Assembly (NCBI GenBank): GCA_046290225.1
Contig: JBKAGE010000034.1
Location: forward strand, 224,001 to 288,000
Direction of reading: 5' to 3'
From: Bradymonadia bacterium
Lineage (GTDB): Bacteria > Myxococcota_A > Bradymonadia > UBA7976 > UBA1532
DNA length: 64,000 nucleotides
Shown here: in pieces, positions 54,204-63,530 of the stretch
How positions within the stretch are numbered: the first letter of the stretch is position 1
Layout of the letters: each line of letters starts with the position of its first letter
The notes under the pieces: generated by a model
What the model was told of the DNA's origin: nothing
What the model saw: only the letters and a program-made list of their open reading frames with translations
The model's database searches: none
Translations under genes and position numbers: made by a program

Positions 54204-54886
54204 AACACCCCAGCGCGGGCCAGACGGCGCCGCATGGCCTTTATCATGCGCTCATCGACGAGGGCCTTATACCTCAAGCGCAGCAGCAATCCGAACAAGA
54301 GCAACAGGGCCGGCAGCGCCACCCCGTAGAGGGTCATACGCATGTCGGGGCTGATGCCCCCGCCGCCGTTGATGTTGAGCACCTGGGGGTGGTTCCCCCG
54401 CCACATCTTCACCGCGAAGTGCACGAAGAAGATGTTCGGCGCCCCGAAGACCCCGAGCACGGAAGCGAAACGCCGCACGCCGTCACCGGAGCCGCCGAAG
54501 GTGCGGAGCATCCAGTAGGCGGCGAAGATGACCACCATGAGGGCCATGCTGGTGAGGCGGGGCTCCCACTTCCAGTACACCCCCCACACCGGGCGCGCCC
54601 AGAGTGGGCCCGTCACCAACACGATGAGGCCGAAGAGCAGGCCCACCTCTGCAGAGGCCAGAGCGAAGGCGTCGGCCCGGGTGCTGCGCTTCCACAGGTA
54701 GCCCAGGCTGCCTCCGGCGCACAGGATGAAGCCCAGGTAGCACAGCCACGCGCTGCTCACATGGAAGTAGAAGATCTTCTGAATCACCCCCATCGAAGTC
54801 TCCATGGGGGCGACGTTGAACACGAAGTACACCGCCGTGGCAACGGCCAGAGCGCACAGCGCCGTGAGGGCCGGGAATATCTTCAC
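54200..54886 (-). CDS. ccmC: Heme exporter protein C
   Basis: IFYFHVSSAW, GPLWARPVWGVYWKWEPRLT, HP. Confidence 0.93.
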   Translation of the reverse strand: MKIFPALTALCALAVATAVYFVFNVAPMETSMGVIQKIFYFHVSSAWLCYLGFILCAGGSLGYLWKRSTRADAFALASAEVGLLFGLIVLVTGPLWARPVWGVYWKWEPRLTSMALMVVIFAAYWMLRTFGGSGDGVRRFASVLGVFGAPNIFFVHFAVKMWRGNHPQVLNINGGGGISPDMRMTLYGVALPALLLLFGLLLRLRYKALVDERMIKAMRRRLARAGVF

Positions 54887-55566
54887 TCGATCACCATCCT
54901 CTCGAACAGATAGAGACCGCCGACACCATAGAGGGTGTCGAAGGCGAGGTTCAGCTTCAGCCAGGGGTACGGATCGCTCTCGATGGTGGTGCCCAGCAGG
55001 GCCCCAGTGCCGGCGACCCCCGCAATGAGAACCGGAGAAACCAGGGGGAACACCACCATGGGCAACAACACCTCGGCGAAGCGGGCATTGGTGGCCATCA
55101 CCGCCAGGGGCGTACCCACCACAGCGAAGCCCAGGGCGCCGAGGAGAATCTGTAGCGACAACAAGGCCGCGTGCTCAGTCAGATCGACCTGGAGCAGCAC
55201 CGCGAGCAGTGGGACCACGATGATCATGACGATGAGGATGATCACCAGATTGGTGAGCATCTTCGCCAACAAGATCGCCCCCCGCTCTGCGGGAGACAGG
55301 ATCAGCGCCGTGAAGGCGCCGTCGAGTTGCTCCCGGGCGAAGGTACGCCCCATACCCAGGGTGCCCACGAAGAGCACATTGGCCCAGAGCACACCGGGGA
55401 ACACCTTGGCGTTGGTCTGCGGATCAGACGCGAAGCCAAAGGCGAAGACCAAGGTCATGACGATGCTGAAGAGGAACATCATCGCCAGGGTCTGCTTCGA
55501 TCGCAGCTCGGTGCGCAGATCTTTGGCGAGCACCAGCAACACGGTGGCGGTATAGCCCACGTTCAC
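54883..55566 (-). CDS. ccmB: Heme exporter protein B
   Basis: KDLRTELR, PGVLW, FARE..DG, LLP..FPL..PVLI. Confidence 0.93.
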   Translation of the reverse strand: MNVGYTATVLLVLAKDLRTELRSKQTLAMMFLFSIVMTLVFAFGFASDPQTNAKVFPGVLWANVLFVGTLGMGRTFAREQLDGAFTALILSPAERGAILLAKMLTNLVIILIVMIIVVPLLAVLLQVDLTEHAALLSLQILLGALGFAVVGTPLAVMATNARFAEVLLPMVVFPLVSPVLIAGVAGTGALLGTTIESDPYPWLKLNLAFDTLYGVGGLYLFERMVIE

Positions 55567-55569
55567 CTC

Positions 55570-56352
55570 TCAGGCCTCCCCTGCAGCAGGCCGAAGGCGG
55601 CCTCTCTTGCGACGAGGCGGCGGGGTGTCGATGCAGCGATGGTAGAGCGCCGTGAGCCCTTCTTCGCCGATGGGGCCGTGATGGACCACGCGACCCTTCC
55701 GCAAGATCAGAGCCCGCGTTGCCAAGCTCTCCGTCGCCACCAGATCGTGACTGCACAGCGCGAGGATGGCCCCAGCCTCGGCTTCGCCCCTGAGCAGCTC
55801 GATGGCGGCCTTCACGCCGTCTCGATCGAGGCCGGTGAAGGGCTCGTCCAGCAGCAACAGGCGTGGGCGATGCATGAGGGCCCTGGCGATGGAGAGCCGC
55901 TGGGCCATGCCGCGACTGAACCCCGCCACTGGGCGATCCATGTCCAGGGCGAGGCCCACACGCTCCAGCCACTCGGGCACGGCCTTCTCGAGATCGGAGA
56001 CGCCACAGATTCGACCGAAGAACACCAGGTTCTCCCGGGCGGTGAGATCCCGATAGAGCATGGTCTGGTGACCCACGTACCCGATGGCCGCTCGAAGATG
56101 AGGCGGGGTGATGCCGGAGATGGCTTCGTCGCCAAAGACGATCTCGCCTTCAGAGGGCCGCGCTCGGGTGGACAGCAGGCTCATCAGGGTGGACTTCCCC
56201 GCGCCGTTGGGCCCCAGGAGCGCCGTGGTCACCCCAGCAGGCAGCTCCGCGGAGACATCGACGAGGGCATAGTGCTCGTCGAACGCCTTGCTCACCCTGG
56301 AGATCGCCACCTGTTCAAAGGCGCCGCTGCGCCCTGGCCTCTGTCCGCTCAC
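55570..56352 (-). CDS. ccmA: Heme ABC exporter ATP-binding protein
   Basis: GPNGAGKST, FSRGMAQR, LLLDEPFTGLD; upstream of ccmB. Confidence 0.9.
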   Translation of the reverse strand: MSGQRPGRSGAFEQVAISRVSKAFDEHYALVDVSAELPAGVTTALLGPNGAGKSTLMSLLSTRARPSEGEIVFGDEAISGITPPHLRAAIGYVGHQTMLYRDLTARENLVFFGRICGVSDLEKAVPEWLERVGLALDMDRPVAGFSRGMAQRLSIARALMHRPRLLLLDEPFTGLDRDGVKAAIELLRGEAEAGAILALCSHDLVATESLATRALILRKGRVVHHGPIGEEGLTALYHRCIDTPPPRRKRGRLRPAAGEA

Positions 56353-57698
56353 CGGCCATCCAGGCGATCGAGGGCCTTGTAGAGCGACACGAGCCGGGCG
56401 GTGATGGCCTCCTGCTCACGCTCGAAGCGCGCCTGGGAGATGCGCCCCTTCTGCGCCGCCTTGCGCATGCGGGCCAGGGCCCGGAGCAGGCGATCGCGCT
56501 CAGTCTCCAGGTGGGCCCGGGACAGCCGCGTGGTGTCGCCGAGATCTTTGGGGCGCTGGAAGCCAAAGAGCACCAGCAAGGCCAGGCCCCCGATGCTGCT
56601 GAGCATGAGGGTGACGTTGAGGTAGTCCTTCGTGGGCACCCCGGTGATGGCGAACTGGAAGGGCTGATCCGCCTCGAGCATGGCCTCCTGGGCGGAGAGC
56701 TCCCAGAAGCGCTTGCCGCTGCCCATGGTCACGGGGTTGATGGCGCCGATGCCCCGCGTGTCGAGGCCCAGAGGCACGCTGGTCCGCTGACGGGCCTTCT
56801 TGCCCTCCCACTTGTCCCGCCACACGAGGGCGTAGCCGCCAACGGTGCGGATGGGGGCGGACATGGACCATTCGAAGGTGTCGGCCATGCCATAGGGCAC
56901 GGTGTAGTACATGACGAACTGAGCGGCGCCGTCTTCCCCGGGCATCACCGCCCCCTTGAACCAGATCGAGGTGCCCAGGGCTTCGATCATGCGGGCAGGA
57001 GGCTTGTTGCCGTCAGGTCCGTGGACCTCAGGGTGCTTGGCCCCCTCGGGCACCACCAGACGCAGGCCGCCGGCGGGCAGGTTGCCCAGGTTGACCACCT
57101 TGCGCCCACCGTTCATGAGGCTCACGCGGTGGGAGATGAGCAGAGCGTCTTCGAGAGGCTTCACCTCGACGAAGGCGTGCCGCAAGAACAGCTTGGAGGT
57201 GTCGTCGGTGACCTCGGTGAGGGTGACCTCGAGGGCGCCTCCCTCCCCCGCCTGAGGCAGGAGTTTGGTCATGAACGGGAACCGCACCCCGTTGTAGTCC
57301 ACCTGCACCTTGTAGCTGATGAACTGCTGCACCTTGGGGTTGGTGGGGATCCCCTGGAAGGTGACCTTCCCACCCTCTTTGGTGGTGTCGAAGTAGTCTT
57401 TGACCTTGCTGCCCTGGGCCAGAATGGTCACGGAGACCGGCAAGCCTGGGGGCGCCGGCACACGCTGCCCCTCCACATCGATGTAGGCCTCGACGGTGAG
57501 AGGCTGACGCTTCATGGCCCGCAAGAAAGGCGGCAGACCGCTGGCATCCGTCGCCACGTCTTCGATTTTGGGGGTGGGATACTGAGCCGCAGCGGTCCCC
57601 GCCAGCAATGCGCTGAAGCCGAGGGCTGCGACGCACACGCCCAGAGCGCTGCGCAGTCGAGGAGAGCTGAGCCTGGTCTGGAGGCTGAAGATGTTCAT
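56349..57698 (-). CDS. Exported hypothetical protein with C-terminal TM and short helical tail (ccm cluster)
   Basis: Signal peptide, beta-rich body, TM, ERDRLLRALA..GRIS..FEREQ tail; ATGA overlap with the upstream gene. Confidence 0.75.
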   Translation of the reverse strand: MNIFSLQTRLSSPRLRSALGVCVAALGFSALLAGTAAAQYPTPKIEDVATDASGLPPFLRAMKRQPLTVEAYIDVEGQRVPAPPGLPVSVTILAQGSKVKDYFDTTKEGGKVTFQGIPTNPKVQQFISYKVQVDYNGVRFPFMTKLLPQAGEGGALEVTLTEVTDDTSKLFLRHAFVEVKPLEDALLISHRVSLMNGGRKVVNLGNLPAGGLRLVVPEGAKHPEVHGPDGNKPPARMIEALGTSIWFKGAVMPGEDGAAQFVMYYTVPYGMADTFEWSMSAPIRTVGGYALVWRDKWEGKKARQRTSVPLGLDTRGIGAINPVTMGSGKRFWELSAQEAMLEADQPFQFAITGVPTKDYLNVTLMLSSIGGLALLVLFGFQRPKDLGDTTRLSRAHLETERDRLLRALARMRKAAQKGRISQARFEREQEAITARLVSLYKALDRLDGR

Positions 57699-58363
57699 GC
57701 GTTGGCCTCCACGGACTGAAGATCGGTCCCACACCGCTTGCAGAACCGGGCACCGGGTCGATTCTCGGTGCCACAGGCTGCACACGAGATCACCTGAGGC
57801 GGCTCGCTCGGTGCACCACACAGATCACAGAACTCACCCTCGACATCTCGCTCACCCCCACACGACCAGCACGTCTTCGTCTGGGCTTGGGGCACGACGG
57901 GCTCTTCGGCCTGAGGCTCGGCCGCCGCCGTCTCAGGCTCAGGTGCCTTCTTCTCGAGTTTGACCTGCTCCGGGGCCGCCTCGGGCGCTTCTGCCTTCTG
58001 CTTCCCCTTGAGCCGGGTGTTCACGTCCGCGTCGATGCGATCCTGGTAGGCCTCACTGGCGGCGTCGATGCGCTCATAGACGGCCATCGCCTCCCGCTCG
58101 TATTTGGCCTTGAGCTGCTTGAGATCCCGGGCGCCGATCTTGTTGAGGGCCGCCTCGAACTCCAGCTCCTTGAGCTCGTCCACGAGGCGATCTCGCTGGG
58201 TGAGCAGCGCCATGGACTCGTCTTCCACCGCCTGCAGATCGTCGACGGTGACCCGCGTGGTGTCGAGGAGCGGCTTGATGGCCTGGTAGATCAGGTACAC
58301 CGTCACCAGCCCCGAGAGCAGGGCGAGCACCTGAAAGCTGAAGAGAGACTGCAGGATAGTCAA
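57695..58363 (-). CDS. Membrane-anchored double zinc-ribbon protein (CcmI-N-like helical region)
   Basis: TM, LKELEFE..KI..DL..LKAKY, four CxxC motifs. Confidence 0.8.
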   Translation of the reverse strand: MTILQSLFSFQVLALLSGLVTVYLIYQAIKPLLDTTRVTVDDLQAVEDESMALLTQRDRLVDELKELEFEAALNKIGARDLKQLKAKYEREAMAVYERIDAASEAYQDRIDADVNTRLKGKQKAEAPEAAPEQVKLEKKAPEPETAAAEPQAEEPVVPQAQTKTCWSCGGERDVEGEFCDLCGAPSEPPQVISCAACGTENRPGARFCKRCGTDLQSVEANA

Positions 58364-58447
58364 AGTCTGGTTCTCAAAGTCTGGTTTTGAGGGGTCGAAG
58401 CTCGAGGCGTGGTGCCCGAAGCGCTCAGAAGGCCCGTCGAGGGGCTG

Positions 58448-61246
58448 CTATGCACCACTTCCGCCACTCCGGGCAAGCCCTGGAGCCTGCTCGGCGGCAA
58501 CTTTCGCCTTCGCCTGGGCCTTTCGCTTGGCCGCGGCGAAGACCGGGTAGGCCTCGGGCTCGGGCCAGACGGCGAAGACCACCCCCACCAACAACATGGC
58601 CCCGCCGATCCACATCCAGAAGATCATGGGGTTGTAGTGGGCCATGACCTCGGCGGTCTGGAAGGCCGGCCGGTACGAGATCAGGGTCAGGTAGGTGTTG
58701 CCGGTGAGCTCGTGCAGCTCGTCTTTCTCGGTGGTGGTGCGGCCGTCGAAGCGCCGCTTCACGTCAGAGCCGTAGATGCGCTGGGCGGGCCGCAGCGTGC
58801 CGTCGCGGGCAGCCTTCAAGGCGGTGACCGCCGGGGCGTTGGCCACGATCCAATCAGGCTGGATACGAGACTTGCCCAGAGCCACCATCATGTCGACGCC
58901 GCCGAGGCCGAGTCGTGCCCACTGGGCAACGAAGTCGCGGTTGGCCTTCACCCAGGCGAGGTTGCCCTGGTGCACAGCGCCCACCGTGGGCTCGGGGCCA
59001 TCTTGCACCAGCCAGCCGTAGATCACCGCGCTGTTGGTCTCGAGCCACTCCAGGGAGACCTTGCCCGCGTACATCTCGTTGAGGGCCTTCTGGCCAGCGC
59101 CGTCCACCAGGGAGGCCGCCACGGTCCAGGCGTCGAGATCAGGCAGCTTGCTCATCATGTCGGTGAGCAGCTCGAGGCTGCCGCCGTCCTTCACCCACGA
59201 CTGGATCTTCTCCTCGTCGAAGACGTCGAAGATGGCGAAATACTCGTGATATTCCTTGTAGGTCTGATCGTCGATGCCCCGGAACAGCAGACGCTTGCCC
59301 TCGAGGGTCTGTGACTGGCCCACAGAGGCGAACGACAAATCCTGCTCGGTCTTGATGCCCGTGCCCACGAAGCCGGCAAAGACGAGGGCGAAGCCGATGT
59401 GGGTGACGTAGCCCCCATACCGACGACGCTGCTTGCCAGCGAGGCGCCCCATGCTGGTGAGGTAGCTCTCGCCCGTGCTCCGGGCCCGCACCCTCGCCCC
59501 ACGGATGAACTCCCAGCACATCGTGTAGGTGACGAAGAAGATGAAGAACATGCTCACGGTGGCGTAGATGCCCACGAGCTCGGCGTCGAGGAGCAGCCGG
59601 GGCAAGTTGAAGGTGCCCTCGGGGGTGAGATCGGTGTTCGCGAGGTGCTCCTGGATGCCATAGGCGTCGAAGCCCACGAAGGCACCCGTGGCGGCCACGC
59701 AAAGCAGCAGGGGCATCATGAAGTTGCGCCGGAAGTTCGACATGGTGGCCTTGCGCCAGGGGATCAGCGGCCCGATGGCCATGAGCACCAGCAGCGCGAT
59801 GCCCGCGGGCACCATCCAGGCGTTAAACCAGGGGGCGGAGTACTTGGTCTCCCGCCAGAAGTACTCGCTGATCTTCTCCCCCACGGTGCCGAAGAGCACG
59901 ATGACCACCATGGCCATGAGCACGAGGTTGTTGAGCAGGAACACCCCTTCCCGGCTGAGCAGGCTCTCGATGCGAGACTTCTCCCGAGCCTCTTTGTCGA
60001 TGATGAGTACCCGGGCGAGCCAGAAGCCCAGGGGGCTGACGAAGAGCAGCAGCGGGCAGATGACCCCGAGCTGACCACCGGTCTGACCGCCAACGTCGTA
60101 GGCGACGAAGAAGGCGGCGAGGACGGCGCCATGGAACAGCCAGAAGGCGCCCCACATGCCCTTGGTGGCGGGCTTGAGGGCCTCTTCGGTCTTCTTGCGG
60201 CTCTTCGACGTGGTGAGGGTGAGCAGGCTGCCGTCGATGATGCGCCAGTTCAGCATGCCCATGATGAAGGTGAACAACAGGATCAGTCCGAGGACGAAGT
60301 AATCACCGATGTCGCTCTGGGCGAAGGTGTGCACCGAGTCGATGAAGCCCGCCCGGGTGAGGGCGGTGCCGAAGACCGTGAGGGCATAGGTGAGCAACAC
60401 GAGGTACATGTTCCACACCTTCAGCATGCCCCGGCGCTCCTGAATCATCACCGAGTGCAGGAAGGCGGTGGCCGACAGCCATGGCATGAAGGCGGCGTTC
60501 TCCACCGGATCCCAGCCCCAGAAACCACCCCAGCCGAGCTCCTGGTAGGCCCACATGCCACCGAAGAGGTTGCCCATGGTGAGGAAGCCCCAGCTGATGA
60601 CCGCGTAGCGTCGGGTGGTCCTGATCCAGAGGTCGTCGAGCCGGCGATGCACCAGGGCGGCGATGGCGAAGGCGAAGGGGATCGTGAACCAGACATAGCC
60701 GCTGAGGATGCTCGGCGGGTGGAAGGTCATGGCAGGGTTCTGCAGCAGGGGCTCGAGGCCCTTGCCGTCGCTGGGGGGCGCCTCGATGCCGTACTGGGCG
60801 AAGGGGTTGGCCTCCCAAATCATCAGCGCCAGGAAGAACAACTGCACCACCATCAGCACGCTGATCACGGTGGGCATCACGTCGCGGTTCTTCTGGCGGT
60901 TCTGCCAGAGCGAGATGGCGGTGATGACCCCGAGGGTCACCGACCAGAACAGCAACGACCCTTGCTGGCCGCCCCAGAAGGAAGCGATCAGGTAGTACCA
61001 GGGCATGCTGTTGTCGCTGTAACTGGCGACGTACTTGTTCTGGTAGTCGTGGTTCAGGAACGCGTGGATGAGCAGGAACGACGCTGTGACCAGCAACCCT
61101 GTGACCACATACCCGGCGCGCTCCCCGGCGAGGAGCAGACGGCCGTCTTTGCGAGACTGGCCCATCAAGCTGGCGATGAGGGCAAAGGCGGCGACGACGA
61201 AGCTCGCATGGAGCAGCGCATCGCCGATGCTGTGGATGTTGAACAT
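58448..61246 (-). CDS. ccmF: Cytochrome c heme lyase CcmF (enlarged, 932 aa)
   Basis: WGGQQGSLLFW, FHPP, WAYQELGWGGFWGWDPVEN, SVHTF, HIG, WMWIGG. Confidence 0.96.
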   Translation of the reverse strand: MFNIHSIGDALLHASFVVAAFALIASLMGQSRKDGRLLLAGERAGYVVTGLLVTASFLLIHAFLNHDYQNKYVASYSDNSMPWYYLIASFWGGQQGSLLFWSVTLGVITAISLWQNRQKNRDVMPTVISVLMVVQLFFLALMIWEANPFAQYGIEAPPSDGKGLEPLLQNPAMTFHPPSILSGYVWFTIPFAFAIAALVHRRLDDLWIRTTRRYAVISWGFLTMGNLFGGMWAYQELGWGGFWGWDPVENAAFMPWLSATAFLHSVMIQERRGMLKVWNMYLVLLTYALTVFGTALTRAGFIDSVHTFAQSDIGDYFVLGLILLFTFIMGMLNWRIIDGSLLTLTTSKSRKKTEEALKPATKGMWGAFWLFHGAVLAAFFVAYDVGGQTGGQLGVICPLLLFVSPLGFWLARVLIIDKEAREKSRIESLLSREGVFLLNNLVLMAMVVIVLFGTVGEKISEYFWRETKYSAPWFNAWMVPAGIALLVLMAIGPLIPWRKATMSNFRRNFMMPLLLCVAATGAFVGFDAYGIQEHLANTDLTPEGTFNLPRLLLDAELVGIYATVSMFFIFFVTYTMCWEFIRGARVRARSTGESYLTSMGRLAGKQRRRYGGYVTHIGFALVFAGFVGTGIKTEQDLSFASVGQSQTLEGKRLLFRGIDDQTYKEYHEYFAIFDVFDEEKIQSWVKDGGSLELLTDMMSKLPDLDAWTVAASLVDGAGQKALNEMYAGKVSLEWLETNSAVIYGWLVQDGPEPTVGAVHQGNLAWVKANRDFVAQWARLGLGGVDMMVALGKSRIQPDWIVANAPAVTALKAARDGTLRPAQRIYGSDVKRRFDGRTTTEKDELHELTGNTYLTLISYRPAFQTAEVMAHYNPMIFWMWIGGAMLLVGVVFAVWPEPEAYPVFAAAKRKAQAKAKVAAEQAPGLARSGGSGA

Positions 61247-61380
61247 TTCGCCTCTTCTTTAGAGGTTTGCCTCTGAGGGCCCGGCGTCGAGCGCCTGCCG
61301 GTCGAGGGTTGCGTGTTGTTCTGTACGGGGTTGAGCTGTGCGTGTCGAGGGCCGGGCCCTCGGCGGAGCCTTTGCGGGCC

Positions 61381-61842
61381 TCAGGAGCCCTGCGTCATGG
61401 CCTTCTTCATCTCTTCGGGCACATCGGACCCCTCGTACTTCGAGGGGCACTTGGCCACGACCTCGGTGGCCATGAGGGTGTTGCCGGCGAGGAACTTGCC
61501 CTCGGCGACGACCTCGCCCTCTTGCTCTGCGGCCATCTCAAAGGTGTCGGGCATGGGACCGGTGTACTTCACCTGCATCTGCTTGCCCTTCTCCTGGATC
61601 ATGAAGACGTGATCTTTGGTGCCGTCTTTGTGGCGCCAGGTCCCCTTCACGATCTTGCCTTTGATGCGCACGGGCTTGTCTACGAGGCTGTCGCTCTGAG
61701 CCACGGCCTCATCTACCGTGAGGAAGTAGGCGTTGCCGTCCCCGACCATGCTGCCCACCATCATGTAGAAGACGCCCACCAGCAGCAGCAGGCCGACCAC
61801 CATGCGGATGTTTCCGCCCTTGTTCGTGCTTTCCTCGGCCAT
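61381..61842 (-). CDS. ccmE: Heme chaperone CcmE, CxxxY type
   Basis: TM, YFLTVDE, YTGPMPDTF, VVAEG, AKCPSKY. Confidence 0.93.
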   Translation of the reverse strand: MAEESTNKGGNIRMVVGLLLLVGVFYMMVGSMVGDGNAYFLTVDEAVAQSDSLVDKPVRIKGKIVKGTWRHKDGTKDHVFMIQEKGKQMQVKYTGPMPDTFEMAAEQEGEVVAEGKFLAGNTLMATEVVAKCPSKYEGSDVPEEMKKAMTQGS

Positions 61843-61930
61843 CGTGACTCCTCGTCTCTCGTCTCTTTTAAGCCCAGGCTCAATGAGCGTGGGCGTTGTG
61901 GGCGTCAGCAGTGTGCCTCAGCTGGGCACC

Positions 61931-63082
61931 TCAGCCGCCGATTCCGGTCATGCCGCTCCGGGGAGCGGTCTGCAGATCCCGCATGCGGTGGGCCACTCTC
62001 TTCCCGGTGACCGCCGCCTGAATCGCCTCAATGATGACATCATCTGGGGCTCGATTGCGAAGCATATGCAAGAACGAGACCTCTGAATCATCTGCGAGGC
62101 ACGCACGCAGCCCGCCCCTTGCAGTGAGCCGCGCACGGTTGCATGCGGCACAGAATCCATCATCGCTCATGGGGCTGATGATCCCCACCTTGTGTCCACG
62201 ATAGGGGCCATCCGTCACCGCCCAATAGGCCGCAGGGCCGTTGGGCACCTGCCCCTGAGGGCGACCCACCGACGCCAGGCTCAGCTCGCTCTGAAGGCGC
62301 TGCACCATCTCATCTGTGGGCACCACCTGATCGGGGGTGTAGGTCTCGAGCACGCCGATGGGCATCAACTCGATGAAGCGCGGTACCCAGCCCGCATCCC
62401 AGGATCGCTTACAGAAATCGACCACCTCGTGATCGTTTACGCCTCTGATCACCACGGCGTTGAGCTTGATGCCCTCGAACCCCGCCTCGCCTGCGGCCTC
62501 GAGCCCCTTGACGACCGCCTCTAGATCACCCCCTCGGGTCATCTGGGCGAACCGTTCCGTGTCGAAGCTGTCGAGGCTCACGTTGAGCCCGCGAAGCCCG
62601 GCGTCGTAGAGCTGCTCGACATAGCGCGGGAGCAGATGGCCGTTGGTGGTCATGGCCAACTGGGCGATGCCCTCGAGCGCGGCAATGTGTCGCACGAGGT
62701 CAGGGACGCCACGGCGCAAGAGCGGCTCCCCACCAGTGAGACGCACCCGCTTCAGCCCCAGGCGCGCCATGATGCCCACGAACCGCTCGATCTCTTCGAT
62801 GGTGAGCAAGTGGTCACGGGGCACCTTGGGCCAGCCCATGAGGGGCATGCAGTACCCACACCGGTAGTTGCACCGATCGGTGAGCGACACTCTCAGGTAG
62901 CTGATGCGACGCTGCCAACGATCGGTGAGCACGCCGTCGGGATCCTGGTCGATGATCGGAAGGGCGTCACCCAATTGAGGTGTGCTCCTGGCAAAAGGTC
63001 TGGGCGGTTCAGATGCCGCAAAGCGGCCTCTCGTTTCGAGAGAGAGCCCCTCCGTTGACAGTGGCTCACCGGTGTGGAACAA
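61931..63082 (-). CDS. moaA: GTP 3',8-cyclase MoaA
   Basis: YLRVSLTDRCNYRCGYCMP, LTGGEP, FCAACNRARLT..C, C-terminal IGG. Confidence 0.97.
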   Translation of the reverse strand: MFHTGEPLSTEGLSLETRGRFAASEPPRPFARSTPQLGDALPIIDQDPDGVLTDRWQRRISYLRVSLTDRCNYRCGYCMPLMGWPKVPRDHLLTIEEIERFVGIMARLGLKRVRLTGGEPLLRRGVPDLVRHIAALEGIAQLAMTTNGHLLPRYVEQLYDAGLRGLNVSLDSFDTERFAQMTRGGDLEAVVKGLEAAGEAGFEGIKLNAVVIRGVNDHEVVDFCKRSWDAGWVPRFIELMPIGVLETYTPDQVVPTDEMVQRLQSELSLASVGRPQGQVPNGPAAYWAVTDGPYRGHKVGIISPMSDDGFCAACNRARLTARGGLRACLADDSEVSFLHMLRNRAPDDVIIEAIQAAVTGKRVAHRMRDLQTAPRSGMTGIGG

Positions 63083-63143
63083 GCGGCCCCTCGAAGAAGC
63101 TTCAACTGAACCTTCGAAGAATCAGTCAATGCCAGGAGGAACT

Positions 63144-63464
63144 ATGGCGGTCAAGGACACCGTGATGGGCGGCATCGGTCGCATCATGCAGAGCGATCAG
63201 GCCATGAAGCTGATGCAGAACGAAGCCTTCATGAAGGCTCTGATGAAGGGCTTCACGGTCTCCGCCGAGGCGCGGACCTTCGTGCAGAGCCAGGTACACC
63301 AGGTGGTGCGCAGCCTGCGCCTCGTGACGGCGGACGAGCTCAAGGCGGTGAAGCGCCAGCTGGAGCGCGTCGAGCGGGAGCTCGCCGAGCTTCAGCGCCG
63401 GACTGAGGATGCGCTGGTGAAAGCGGAAGAGGCCCTGGAGGTCGCTGGGGAAGAGGGCAAGTAA
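63144..63464 (+). CDS. Hypothetical coiled-coil protein (phasin/BMFP-like tail)
   Basis: AGGAGG RBS before ATG 63144; LRLVTADEL..LERVERELAEL. Confidence 0.75.
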   Translation: MAVKDTVMGGIGRIMQSDQAMKLMQNEAFMKALMKGFTVSAEARTFVQSQVHQVVRSLRLVTADELKAVKRQLERVERELAELQRRTEDALVKAEEALEVAGEEGK

Positions 63465-63509
63465 CGCCCTCTCGAACGCGCAGGGCGCTGGCGAGCGCCC
63501 CATGAGGGC
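63465..63509. terminator. Hairpin between convergent genes
   Basis: GGGCGCT-ggcg-AGCGCCC nested within CGCCCTC...GAGGGCG. Confidence 0.4.
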
Positions 63510-63530
63510 GACGACCCTGCTCGGCTGACC

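Noticed and set aside
58360..58387. 14-bp tandem duplication TCAAAGTCTGGTT(C/T) at the start of the zinc-ribbon gene
   Set aside because: Only two copies; most simply a local slippage with no supportable function
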